Below are positions 37,119-50,096 of a DNA stretch of 50,096 nt, piece by piece. The stretch is from NCBI RefSeq assembly GCF_001194135.2, contig NC_068986.1, forward strand, positions 101,267,779-101,317,874, written 5' to 3'. A program made the position numbers and the translations under genes. How positions within the stretch are numbered: position 1 is the stretch's first letter; each line of letters opens with the position of its first letter. Below the pieces are notes generated by a model. That model did not search any database, had not been told where the DNA came from, and saw nothing but the letters and a program-made list of their open reading frames with translations. Source of the DNA: Octopus bimaculoides. Lineage: Eukaryota.

Positions 37119-38066
37119 TTATTTAAATATATCATGGTTCCATAAACGCAAGAAATCTCACTTTGAGACATCAGCACGTAACAGTGGTAGACCTGAGATA
37201 AACAATGTCACTATGGCAATGATAATATCTGTGAAATAAATAAACCAGAATCTCAATGTAGTTATTATGATGCAGATAGAATTGTTTCTCCAAAAGATAA
37301 GGTCACCGAAACATTTACATTTGTTTAATGAGATCGAAAATATTTTCACCGGTTCGTAATTGTCGAACGGTTTCTTCGCTAAATCAATTCGCTGAAAACG
37401 AGCACCATTTATTTCCCGTGATCAGTATTAAATGATGTGGTGAATATTTTATTTGTGTAGCAATATATATTCGTAAGTAGTATGAAATATGTTCGCCATC
37501 ACCAAAATTTCAACTTTGTTTTATATAAATTTAGCACAATGAAATCATTTTCTCTTTATTATTCATTATTTCTGTGATTTCCAAAATTCTTTTACAAGGC
37601 AAATAATCCTCGCATTCATGAAATTACTAAGATAGATTGGAAGTAGTTTTAAATAGTTAATGTTAAAAGACTGAAACCAAACATCTGATATTATATAGAA
37701 TATTCCATTGTGATAAGTATGTACCATATAAGGGCATTTTACAGCGATAGATACTAAGCGCTACTGCTACTATATAAGTCGTATAATACAATATTCTTTA
37801 GCAAGCAACCAGGCTATTCTTTGTAATATAATAATTACTTATTTGTAGAGTAGTTCTGAAAGAAAATATCAGTGTGTATAGCTATACATGTCTAAACACA
37901 CGCACACACACACATACATACACACGCACACACACATACATACACACACCCACACACACACGCGAACATACACACACACACAAACTTATATACATATACT
38001 TATATAAGCGCGCGTATGTGTGTGCATGTGTGCGTGCGTGCGTGCATGCATATCTGTTTGTGTTAA

Positions 38067-38121
<55 letters not shown>

Positions 38122-38729
38122 TAGATAAACGTTTCACAGAATGATATAAAAACAGATAAAGGAAAGGCGATATATTTACAAACATTGTCAACTTAATGAA
38201 TACATACGATTTTAATTAAAACAAACAAGCAGAGCTTACAATTAAAATAATTTCTCATAAACACTGAGTTGTTTACTCTGGAGAGATACATAATATCATA
38301 TAGATATACTTCTATCAAGAGACATAAAGAAATAAGAATAGGCTTTCATATCTATACATCAGATAAACCTTGGAGCTATATTAATATCAACAAATATCAG
38401 AAACCATATACCTTACTACACTAACAGCTCTTCTCCAATCTACGCTTCTTGGCAATATTCAATATTAATGAAATAAAAGTAACCTGATATATCAGTTATA
38501 TTCTTTATTGTTTGATGATTTACAGTTGAATGTATTCAGAATACTACGTATTAAATCATACTTTCTAAAATAACTATTGTCTCTGAAGTACCAGGCAGAT
38601 TTTGAATGTATGGTGCACAAAGATACTCCTCTCTTAGTGGTTAATACTTGTAAATGACTTCGTCCACACGAGAGAGGTTAATATTCTGTGAGTTGACAAG
38701 CCTACTTCCACTAATCCTGATCTCCGAGA

Positions 38730-38782
38730 CTGATGAAGTGAGACGACAGATTAATGTCTCCATTGAAAGTGAACGCTCATTC
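38730..38782 (+). other. Partial hammerhead-like motif (CTGATGA...GAAA), helix I absent; probably non-functional
   Basis: See noticed_but_rejected. Confidence 0.08.
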
Positions 38783-39289
38783 AACAAAATATGATACATG
38801 TGCCGTTAGTGACCAACCTATTTACATTTTAACATATTGTTTTGGGATTCAGCACCAAGTATGTTCCCTAATCTAATGACAGCAATTTGAGAGAGAGAGA
38901 GCGTCTCCTATCGATACAACCTAGAAGCGATCGTGTAAAGACACCTTAGTAGGCTGGTGGCGTATTCATTTCTATATGTATGCAGATTACGTACTCAAGA
39001 GAATGACTGAAGCGGAACTTAAATTGTGTTCTACATGATAGTAGCATTGTTTCTTACGTTCAAATACAACACCCCTTGACAAACAAAAACAGAAATACGA
39101 ATTTACTTAGCAGTATGTACACATTTATGCATACAAGGCACACTTTGCATATATCTTTAGTTGAAATGCGATCGGTTAAGACAGACAGTAATATATTACT
39201 TCACAGAATACTCTAACTTCCAAAGCCTGCAGTGGACCTATTTCCAGTCAGTGGGAAATACATAATCATAAAAGGAAAAGGGTAATGGA

Positions 39290-39591
39290 TGACCATAGGA
39301 CTGTAGCTAGAAGTTCACCTCCGAGATACAAGTCCGTGCAAGGTTGTTTATGGAAGACCATCAGTGACACATGCATACCAACCTCCCCTCTCTACGCCAC
39401 TGATAATCTCCAAGAGAAAGGCAAAGGCTGATAGAGTTTGGAACCAGTGACGTGGTAACTCATTTCCATAGCTGAGTGAACTGGAGCAACGTGAAATAAA
39501 ATGTCTTCTTCGAAAACAGGACAGTTCGGTCCTGGCATAAAACTTACTCATGATTGGGAGCCCGAAGCTCTAACCACTGAATCTCTGTGCT
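39290..39591 (-). mobile_element. tRNA-derived SINE (family E), diverged; shares central domain with 35440-35762 but has a different tail
   Basis: Reverse strand reads CAGTGGTTAGAGCTTCGGGCTC...TTTATTTCACGTTGCTCCAGTTCACTCAGCT...AATGAG, then a distinct 3' region (GGTTGGTATGCATG...CTTCCATAAACAACCTTGC). Confidence 0.75.
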
Positions 39592-42500
39592 TACACACAT
39601 CTTCATACGTACTATTTATAACCGATGGCAATATTCTGAAAGCTACAACCAAGAATTTCTTTCCGTGATTATCGGATCTTTAATATGTTCTACCTTTGAG
39701 TTACCGTTCGTATGTATTTTATTGCCATAATCATATTTCGTCGATAAATGCATCGTGATTGTCATATTGATTCCCATTAGTATTTACTAATTGGATGCAT
39801 AAATAACTTAGATATGGAATTTTATGTATAGCGGACCCAATCAGCGAGCAAGTATGCAATTTATTCAGATGCGAAATAATTTTGTTTAATTTAAAGCATT
39901 ACTTTATTAACGTGTTACAAGATTGAACAAAACATTACGGTATGTTCTAAATTTATAATTCAAACTAAAATGATTTCAATTCTAATATATTTTTGTCAAC
40001 TACTACATGCACATTAATAGTGTACACAAAATTTGGAAACCGATTTTCCGCTAACATAAAAGTAAAGATATTTCATTCGTTCAATCTGTTGCATTCTAGA
40101 AAGGTGTTCTACAATTTATTAAGATTATATTTGCTACTCACAGGCGAACTGGAGGATTTATTTGATTCTGTTTCATTGACATGCGAAAAATTAATTGTCA
40201 TCTTAGTAACTGATTTATTTGATATAATCCATGGTAACAGCTTTCATGCTGAGATTAATAAAGGTGCCATTTGTTCAGGTGACACGTAGCAGTAACACTT
40301 ACATTCATTGTTAAACCGTCTTCTAACAGTTTTATCGCATCTCATAAATATTCGAACTGACTGTTACATGTTGTAGAGTGTACAATATCTTAGGAAAATT
40401 AAGAATTATTTCGGCATTATAACTTCACGCAATGCATCCTGGAGAGATTTGTTTGAGAATGGATCTCGGATTAGTATATGGACACTGGTGTGTCAGCGTC
40501 ACCAAACTTGTTACGTACATAGCTCTGGCAATGCAAAACGTTTACCAATTTCGTTCGTTTATTATTCTCACGATTACAACAGTAATATCCCGTAAGCTAT
40601 TCCAATTCAAATATGGCAAGTTATGTTTTAAATGAGATCTGGAAAATATATCGGGCACGTATCACCTCCAGGTAAAGTTTCCTGTTTGGTTTGTAAGAAG
40701 TAAATTCATTAACACATGAAAACAAAAATGACCTGCACGAATCTTGTATGGAAATGTAACTGAAATAACGTGGCCTTATTACCTATGTAACGTACGTCAG
40801 TGATCTGATATTTTATTTTTTCTTGTGAGAAATACAGCCTGTTAAGATATAATACTACAAAATTCAAGGATACAACTGGTGCGTTGTGTGATCCTATTTC
40901 TTTCTCTCACTTGCTTTTATTTCATTTCATTATCAGTTATCCAGCAGGTGTTTTATGAATGTTCAGAAAAACATTTCTGACTGTTATGACGAAAACCAGG
41001 TTGTACTCGTAACTTCAACTAATATTCGGTGAGTGTATAGGCAATCTTCCAAACACTTATATTAATTTTCAACCCGCACTAAGTTGAAAGACTGGTACTT
41101 GCGCTCATCTCACTCCTTTAAGTACAGTACGACTGATCGCTTTTTAACTTTGCAAATGAAAACGAAATTTTCAACTTGAAGTGGAAGCTGTCATTCATTT
41201 CATTTTACTAACCTTCAAATCAAATACTCTATAATGAATGTCAATTGAAAAGAATCCTACAAATCACAAGATATGTATGTACAAATATCTACACAAATAC
41301 AGCTAACCTGGTTCGCACGTACCGAAGTGATGCTGCAGGCAGAACAATATGTAAACGCTAATGTTTCAATATACACCTTATAGCCAAGGGTAAATAGAGA
41401 ATAATCTGCGATGGGTTTAATCGCTCAGTAAATCATACATGCACCTAAGTTCAATATCATTCTCTCAATCCTTCTCGGGCTGAGAACTAGTCAAGTACTG
41501 AAATTCATGAATTGAATGTTGCGTCTTTGACAAATCTTGCTCTACGCTTACGTACTAAACTGATTTTAAAACAGTAATATCTAGATATATTGACATTGTA
41601 TAAGGTTATAACGCCATTATCGATTACTTCTTTTATTCAAAACCTCTAAAAGTATACAAATGTTGAGACAATATAGATTAAGTACAAAAATTAAGTATAA
41701 CATGTTGAGACGATGTAGATTAAGTATAAACATAAGGAGAAATGCATTAAATAATGTATTACTAATGGAAAGAAAACATTGAAAACATTCGTGATTATCA
41801 ATAGACAAAGCACGAAAATTAATGGGAATTTAAAATTCCAATATATTTTCAATTTACAGTCTTATATTTTGTCATTTAGTCGTTTCAGATATTGAACTTG
41901 AGCCAATACATATTGCGATGGGGTATTTCTTTATCGATATTAATTTTTTGAAGTATGAAATATCGGTACATATAGAGATAGAAGATATGTAACATCAATA
42001 TTGACGTTGGCTTCGCAATTAACATACTCACGGACACGGATTCACAAAATACATAAGGCATCTGCAGAGACCTTTCCGAAATTCCATTTCCGAGTTATTG
42101 CTCCAAGCAAGATTACAGGAGGAGAAAGATACACTTAATCATAACTCTCTCAACATTGATGTGCGAATACATAGATATGAAGAAAAATAACCTTATACAT
42201 TGGGAATATGCACCATGCAAATACGTGTGAGATATTTTCATAATGGTCAGATAGATATTCACAGATTTCGTTCCCAGCTACAAATATTTCTATGATTCTT
42301 CTTCAACAAAATCAACTCATTTTCTAAAAATTATTGAAATGCATATCACAACCAGATNNNNNNNNNNNNNNNNNNNNNNNNNNNNNNNNNNNNNNNNNNN
42401 NNNNNNNNNNNNNNNNNNNNNNNNNNNNNNNNNNNNNNNNNNNNNNNNNNNNNNNNNNNNNNNNNNNNNNNNNNNNNNNNNNNNNNNNNNNNNNNNNNNN

Positions 42501-42667
42501 NNNNNNNNNNNNNNNNNNNNNNNNNNNNNNNNNNNNNNNNNNNNNNNNNNNNNNNNNNNNNNNNNNNNNNNNNNNNNNNNNNNNNNNNNNNNNNNNNNNN
42601 NNNNNNNNNNNNNNNNNNNNNNNNNNNNNNNNNNNNNNNNNNNNNNNNNNNNNNNNNNNNNNNNNNN

Positions 42668-42703
<36 letters not shown>

Positions 42704-44187
42704 GGGGGTGTATGTGTATGTGTGTGTGTGTGTGAGTGTGTGGGGGGGTGTTTGTGTTTGTGTGTGTTTTTGCACAGTTATGTTATTTGGAAAAAGCACA
42801 CGTTAGGTAAGTCAAATGGTCTGAAAAGTGTTTTGAAATATGATTAGGTTGAAGTGGTTCATGGTTTATTCACAAATACCTATCAGAAACGACTTATCAA
42901 CGCCCAATGGGAACCGGTCAGAGATACAGCTCGACGTCATCTATCTGAGACTGATTTAAGGAACAATTCTTAAATAATTCTGAAGTATCTTGTTTTTCTT
43001 CTATGTTGTTGAATTTATGAATATTGAAATCACTTCTATTTATCATGACTGAATTTGGACTTTGACATCGGTCATCCAACAGTCGTGTGACATATTTCCT
43101 GTTTTCAGCCCGTTATCTGGTTATAATTTAGAATATCTTATATACTATAGTACATAATTCCTTTTCCTTTTCTTGGTTCTCTCTTTGAAGGCTAATTCGG
43201 CGTTTCTGCTTATTACGTTCACTATGTAAAAACGAATGGTTTTGTAGACATTTTGTCGTAAAATCTTCATGCACAAAATGCTTGTAATGCCTAACTATGC
43301 GGATTCAGTTAATTGCATATAATTCGCAAAAGCTTTTTTAATTTAGAAATGTTAGGACAACGAGCCTAGTTTCTATTAGGTGTTGCATTAATAAACATTA
43401 CACTATGACAAATAGATTCTTATTTTACAATATACTCACATTGTCAGTCATATTGTGTATATGGTTTAAACATAAGTATTTAAAAATAAGTTCGCTTAGT
43501 TTGCACAAGCATTATTATCTTTTTCTAACGCAGAGAAAACAAGGGAACCTATCGTTGAGCTCATCTCAGCAGATTACGACTTATGTAACACAAATTGATA
43601 GATGCAAAATTCGAAATGTTTTACCCAAGCACTTTACTGATACTGTGAATTAAAAATAGAAAGCATGATTCTTTTACAGTGGCATATAACAACATTCACC
43701 TGAACAAAGATAATTTTGCTGAACAATGATAGCGAAGAAAAAATAGATCATTTCGATATCCAAACAGTAACAATAACATCTCAATTTCCATTTTCATATG
43801 GCATACGAAAAATAAATTCGATCATTTCCATTTCAAATTTAAAAGCTGTAATTTGTATTGAAAGTAAATATATTGCAAACACGATTCAAGGGAAATCTCT
43901 AAAACATTGCATTGAAATGTATTCATTCTAAATAGTCCTCCACGGTTAATTGCCACGTGTTTCCATAAACTGATTCGTAATGCCAATATTTCCATCGTAC
44001 TGCATATCGGGATTATTTCTTTATCATTTCTAAAAACTGAGATGAACACAAGCACATAGACACACACATACACAAACACAGACACACACACACACACACA
44101 CATGTAATCACATACGCAATCTCACACTCACATTCACAAACAGCACACATACACACACACACACACACACAAGCACACGTATACATG

Positions 44188-44330
44188 AACAATACACGCA
44201 CATATCACTTAAATACAGTTAACCGTAAAATCTGTATATATCAACAGATTCACACATTTTCAACAATACACGCATATATCACTTAAATATTGTTATCCGT
44301 AATATTTCTACATATCAACACAATCACATC
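44188..44330 (+). repeat. Imperfect tandem duplication, period ~74 bp, 2 copies
   Basis: AACAATACACGCA.ATATCACTTAAATA..GTTA.CCGTAA at 44188 and 44262. Confidence 0.85.
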
Positions 44331-44942
44331 ACAGTTTTGTCTATACTTTCTCATTTAAGGCGTAGATCCGTTCCCTCTTTGGGATTATTCCGTAAGTGAT
44401 TTTATGTGTGCTTCTTGCTACGCTTGTTTTTATTTCTGTGCACCAATATTTCGACGTATTCACAATAATATAAGTATAAATTCCGCTGAGGAAATATATT
44501 TGTATTATATTAAAAGTAGTTTATTTTATTTACACTTATGTACAAATATGTATGGGTGTGAGCGTGCGTGTGTGCGTTTGTATTTGTGTGTGTGCATGCA
44601 TGGCAATGTTATATATTAATAGACACGATACATTAGGTGATTGTGTATTAGCATCTACAATATAATACATATGATTACTCTTCTGTGCCTAATTGTTTAT
44701 GTGCATATATATCCGTTCGTCTGGTTCTAAATAATACTTTCAGAATAAGTACAAACATTATCAGAATACATGCATATACATATAACCCAAAAATATGTAG
44801 AAGAAATGATGCCTTTATTGTAGATCTCACCTATACAGCCGACAATTCTTTCTATTGCATTAACACATATATACACATGCACACACTCGTATAAGTAAAT
44901 ATACATGTACATATATACCTACATACATGCATAGATGCACAC

Positions 44943-44994
<52 letters not shown>

Positions 44995-45589
44995 TTCATG
45001 TTACTATCCTCGAAAATATATGTTAATACAACGTTATGAAGTATATCCAAAATTAGTGAGATTCAAACTGAAAATGTGACAAATTTTTAATCGCTAACGA
45101 AAAGAACGCCTAAATCAAAAACATTCTTTCATGTACTTAATTCTGGTGTCATTGAATAACAAAAGTGTTTTATGAAAATCAGATTTAAAAAATTAAGACT
45201 GTTCATTTCTGTGCTCAAGTATTGGTGACGATAGTGGGTGATGGAATAGAAAACTAACATAAGGTGTCTACATAAGAATAATTAGAAATCTCCATAGAAA
45301 TATAATCTTAAAGAGGCTATTTTTGTATACAACTATTGGTAACCTCATTGGATAAATAGAGAATAAATAAATGATAAAATATAAAGATAAGAAATCTACG
45401 TTAAGATTAAAAGAAACTTCGGCACATTACGTCGCAACAATTATTTATCTATTTACTCATTATATATATATATAATGAGTTTCTTTCACACGAAATGTCG
45501 TATTTGAAAGGTAACAACAAAATGTTTCAAAACATTTTGGAGAACTCATTTATTTAATCAACTAATGATCCATGTTCATTTATGACGTT

Positions 45590-46367
45590 TACCCAACGTT
45601 TTTCTGTCATATATTCTATCAATTTCCTAACAATACGATGGTGCTTTTACCGATTTTCTTTGTTGCAAAAATTAATAATGAATAACTGCCTTTGCAGACC
45701 ACCACAAAGTGACCACTACCTTTTTAAAGTGCAATGGTGGTTTTGGGTAGTGTTTAGGTGACTCTCCTGTATATAAACACGGTCCTGTTCGCCTGCTGTT
45801 GTCAAAGAATTTCAATTTCTCATCACTTGTATCGATTTGATGCAAACGTGGTTCTTTTCCAGTCGAGAAAGCACGAAGGAGCACACTTCGAGGCGTCTGT
45901 TTTTTTAATCTCGTTCAGGTGATGTGGAACAAACCTATTCGTGTTCTTGACTATTCCAAATTTTTACGGGTGTCCAAAAACAGTTGCGGAAGATGTTTGG
46001 AGTTCTGATGAATTACTCGAACCTTTGTTCTCGGACTTTGTTCAGCCAAAGCGTCTAATCCATCATGCCGAATAACTGATTTTGTCCTACCCCTTTGTTT
46101 ATTTTCAAGGCTATCTATTGAACGAGAGCTTTGGAACTATCTCTGATCAGTTCTGATGTCAACAAAACCATTTGATATTCCGTAGAGTTTCTGCGGCACA
46201 GTGAGTACGAGAAAATCACTCAACATTATTTGGTTATCATTTTGATAATAATATTGTTGCGAAGGAAAAAGTGTCAAGATTAAATGCAAATTATCCATAA
46301 TTGAGTCTTTAAATGACTGAAATAGCAATTAATTAAAAAATGTGGCATTTCATATGATACAACAATA
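45590..46367 (-). mobile_element. Mariner transposon 5' two-thirds (left TIR, HTH, WVPHEL-like linker, first catalytic D), pseudogenised
   Basis: AAETLRNI ... FVPHHLNE..KNRRLEVCS / IDTSDEKLKFFDNSRR....GESPKHYPKPPLHFKKVVVTLWWSAKAVIHY / YC*EID, matching mariner WVPHEL, TCDEKW and KKVMVTVWW..GVIHY. TIR-like TATTGTTGTATCATATGAAATGCC near 46367. Confidence 0.9.
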
Positions 46368-47857
46368 TGTTGTCTATTGACTTTTTTATGCATGCTAGGC
46401 CCCTGATAGTGACATTTCTAAAAATATTCGCTACCCTATATATTTGGCGTATATGTTTTTAGCATTTCGAAGATCAGTTCGGTATTTTGTCATTTACTGC
46501 CGACTGAAACTGCGCTTGCGCAGTGAATTTGAAAAATATAGTGATGAGACACGTGTTATTTGTCTGTAAATTATATGTTAATGCTATGGTTACTGATGAG
46601 AATTTCGCCTGGCAAATTATTTTATTTGATAAAATAATTCGAAATCTAGGTATAACCGTAAAATATAACGATGTAAAAGTTTTTATNNNNNNNNNNNNNN
46701 NNNNNNNNNNNNNNNNNNNNNNNNNNNNNNNNNNNNNNNNNNNNNNNNNNNNNNNNNNNNNNNNNNNNNNNNNNNNNNNNNNNNNNNNNNNNNNNNNNNN
46801 NNNNNNNNNNNNNNNNNNNNNNNNNNNNNNNNNNNNNNNNNNNNNNNNNNNNNNNNNNNNNNNNNNNNNNNNNNNNNNNNNNNNNNNNNNNNNNNNNNNN
46901 NNNNNNNNNNNNNNNNNNNNNNNNNNNNNNNNNNNNNNNNNNNNNNNNNNNNNNNNNNNNNNNNNNNNNNNNNNNNNNNNNNNNNNNNNNNNNNNNNNNN
47001 NNNNNNNNNNNNNNNNNNNNNNNNNNNNNNNNNNNNNNNNNNNNNNNNNNNNNNNNNNNNNNNNNNNNNNNNNNNNNNNNNNNNNNNNNNNNNNNNNNNN
47101 NNNNNNNNNNNNNNNNNNNNNNNNNNNNNNNNNNNNNNNNNNNNNNNNNNNNNNNNNNNNNNNNNNNNNNNNNNNNNNNNNNNNNNNNNNNNNNNNNNNN
47201 NNNNNNNNNNNNNNNNNNNNNNNNNNNNNNNNNNNNNNNNNNNNNNNNNNNNNNNNNNNNNNNNNNNNNNATATATATATATATACTTATATACATATGA
47301 TAAACAAAACAAAACGAAAGGTTAGTTGGAAATATCACATTTGTTTCAAGAGCGTGATTTATTCCCTCACCAAATCAAGTCAAGTCCATTATGTAACATA
47401 TTCAATAATACTATTTAAACTCGCATCGTTACATAACTTCCTTTTTTCATCTCGTGGTGTTCCGTCAATTATGTGTGGTGTGATAATAAATATAATACTT
47501 CCGTACAGCATGGGTGTCGAGAGGTGTTGATTGCTCTGTATACCGAAATATCGAAAATGTGTACTATCGTTTGCTAACAAAACAAGCTCAATTAACGCTA
47601 GTTATGTCACCACTCTCCAACCTGAACTCATCGATATGATTAATATTAATTATAATATTACCAGCTTCTTTGGTAGTAATCATTATCGCAATGAAGAGGA
47701 TACACAGGTGATTAAGAATAGTGTTAGTAATAAGTCAATTTACATTAGTAGTTATAGCAATAACCGGGATAATTATACTAGCTACATACGTTCACCAAAT
47801 ATACTGACACTAAGAAAATGTGGAACACCGAAAGCCAATTGTATCGTCTATCTCTAA

Positions 47858-48090
47858 CTTGTTTCTTTATTGCCCACAAGGGGCTAAACATAGAGGGGAC
47901 AAACAAGGACAGACAAAGGGATTAAGTCGATTACATCGACTCCAGTGCGTAACTGGTACTTAACTTATCGACCCCGAAAAGATGAAAGGCACAGTCGATA
48001 TCGGCGGAATTTGAACTCAGAACATTAAGACAGACGAAATACCGGTAAGCATTTCGTCCGGCGTGCTAACGTTTCTGCCAGCTCGCCGCC
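47858..48090 (-). mobile_element. SINE family A (tail type 2), full length, relatively young
   Basis: The reverse strand starts GGCGGCGAGCTGGCAGAAACGTTAGCACG and has B-box GAGTTCAAATTCC. Confidence 0.9.
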
Positions 48091-48092
48091 TT

Positions 48093-48330
48093 TTACTTGT
48101 TTTACTTTTACTTTTACTCTATCTTTTACTTGTTTCAGTCATTAGACTGCGGTTATGCTGGGCTTCCGCCTTGAATAATTTGTTCGAATTAATCGATCCG
48201 GTACTTTTCATTTGTAAGCATGGATTCTACCGGATTCGTCTGCTGAAACGCTATGCCACGGGGCCGTAAACATAGCAGCAATGAGTTGTTAAGCGGTAAA
48301 GGAGGACGGACACAAGTACGCTCACGCACA
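48093..48330 (-). mobile_element. SINE family C 3' half, diverged
   Basis: TTTTACTTGTTTCAGTCATTAGACTGCGGTTATGCTGG...CGCTATGCCACGGGGCCGTAAACA, homologous to 25275-25445. Confidence 0.8.
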
Positions 48331-48809
48331 CCACGTCCGTGCGTAGACACACCCATACACACACTCTCGCACACATATGGTGGGTTTTTTCTCATTTTCC
48401 GCGAACCAGGAATCATGTGGTCTACGCGTATTGCTTATAAATGCACCGTAGAAATATCTACACACNNNNNNNNNNNNNNNNNNNNNNNNNNNNNNNNNNN
48501 NNNNNNNNNNNNNNNNNNNNNNNNNNNNNNNNNNNNNNNNNNNNNNNNNNNNNNNNNNNNNNNNNNNNNNNNNNNNNNNNNNNNNNNNNNNNNNNNNNNN
48601 NNNNNNNNNNNNNNNNNNNNNNNNNNNNNNNNNNNNNNNNNNNNNNNNNNNNNNNNNNNNNNNNNNNNNNNNNNNNNNNNNNNNNNNNNNNNNNNNNNNN
48701 NNNNNNNNNNNNNNNNNNNNNNNNNNNNNNNNNNNNNNNNNNNNNNNNGTATGTATGTGTGTATGTATGGGTGTGTGTGTGTGCGCGTGTTCGTCTATGT
48801 GTTTGTGAA

Positions 48810-48974
48810 AGGCGCTGAGCTGGCAGTACCCGTAGCCCTCCGAACCAAATGACAAGAAGCATTTCATCTATCTTTACATACTGACCTAAGATTTCGTCCT
48901 AGGTTGATTTTATCGTTCATCTTTTCGGGTCACAATAAAATAAGTACCAGTTAAGTATTAGGTTAGATGTAATC
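48810..48974 (+). mobile_element. SINE family A, old degenerate plus-strand copy
   Basis: AGGCGCTGAGCTGGCAG...TTCATCTTTTCGGG....ATAAAATAAGTACCAGTT...GATGTAATC. Confidence 0.7.
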
Positions 48975-49770
48975 CCGAAATTGCTTCTATGTCGTCTCTC
49001 TCTCTCTGTAGCCCAAAATTCTACATACAAACAGCACGTACACGGCAACACCAAACTCTCATCAAACTTATTTATACCAAACTATGGTGGAAAGTGTCTT
49101 CGTTCCTCTCTTATTGTTTATCTTCGTGGCCTGTTTGATTGATTAAATATACGAAAGAACATAGAATCGTTCATATTCTACGGGAAAAAAAACAAAAAAA
49201 ACATTCGCAGTGTTCACCGTGGCTTAAATCAGAAAGAACAAATATTTTCCAATTTTATGTTGTAATTTTGAAAACACATTGTTCTTTTAGCTTTTTTTAA
49301 CAGTGTACATCTTAATGCATTAAACAACAGAAACCCTAATATAGTGGGATGCCAACATCAATAATGCTAATCGATCATGCCGACTACCCTAATTTGGCTT
49401 CTCTAAATATTTTATCCCGTAAGCGAGCAACTGCACAAATCTAAAGGGTGTGCTGTTTTCACGAATGAAAACAAATATCTGGATTTATTTTTTCTCCCTT
49501 CAATTCTTGCACGTCAACATGATATGTAATCTTTCACGCGTGTATATATACATTTGTGTTGTGTATATAGTGAGTGGGCAGAAATAGATAAAGATCAGCA
49601 CATATCTATCTATCTATCTATATATATATATATATCTATCTATCTATCTAACAAGTTTTCTTTTTTCCCATTCCCTCTCTGTTTTTCTGTTGAACTAATA
49701 CATTTGATTGTTGCTCATACACCTGTCTTCGTCATTGGTTTTCTATAAACCATACGTATATAAATATATA

Positions 49771-49848
49771 TATATATTTAAAGAATGGAGTAAACGCATA
49801 TTATAACTGCAGCTATAATATGCGTTTACTTCATTCTTTAAATGTATA
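49771..49848. repeat. 78-nt near-perfect palindrome embedded in (TA)n
   Basis: Centred on CTGCAG (49807-49812). 36 of 39 pairs are Watson-Crick, with two G:T wobbles and one A:C mismatch. Confidence 0.95.
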
Positions 49849-50096
49849 TATACTCAAATACCCAAAATATCAAGGTGTTTCTACCTCATAAACAGGAGTT
49901 ACACCACTGTAATTTTGTGATCTTTGCTACACCGGTACCTATTAACCAATTTATTTTATCCGAGTTATTTTTTACTTGGAGAAAATAAATACATATAATA
50001 ATTATATATATATATATATAATAATTATATATAATTATATATATAATAATTATATATAATTATATATATATATATATATATAATTATATATATATA

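Noticed and set aside
23925-37380. Identical 16-mer GAACGGTTTCTTCGCT at 23925-23940 and 37365-37380
   Set aside because: No flanking similarity. One such match in 50 kb is near chance expectation.
38730-38782. Hammerhead-like core: CTGATGA, an 8-bp helix II with one bulge, GAAA, a 5-bp helix III and a UUC triplet
   Set aside because: Helix I cannot form (CCGAGA upstream versus AACAAA downstream), and no alternative topology gave a valid stem I.
46584-46645. Second CTGATGA-GAATT...AATTC-GAAA motif
   Set aside because: No compatible NUH cleavage triplet with helices I and III.

Overview
AT-rich eukaryotic genomic DNA, most likely an octopus (inferred from the tRNA-derived SINE families and the very high microsatellite density). 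It is a gapped short-read scaffold with 12 N-runs. The window looks intronic or intergenic, and no protein-coding host gene can be identified. Nearly all ORFs in the supplied track are artefacts of N-gaps or microsatellites. What the sequence supports: (i) about 17 SINE copies or fragments from several modular tRNA-derived families; (ii) four copies of an unclassified ~550-bp non-coding element (here 'family B') associated with (TAA)n/(GAA)n tracts; (iii) decayed coding fragments of two R4/Dong-type restriction-like-endonuclease retrotransposons, one Penelope-like GIY-YIG element and two or three mariner transposases; (iv) at least six foldback/MITE-like inverted repeats; (v) a few weak candidate exons. 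The best candidate for an undescribed system is the recurring SINE(-) / R4 fragment(+) / family B(+) arrangement in TAA microsatellites at 20.3-23.3 kb, with partial echoes at 28.7-29.8 kb and 1-0.4 kb. The second is the density of hairpins that could be dsRNA (ADAR or small-RNA) substrates. No intact novel enzyme system is visible. All alignments were done by eye, so boundaries are approximate.
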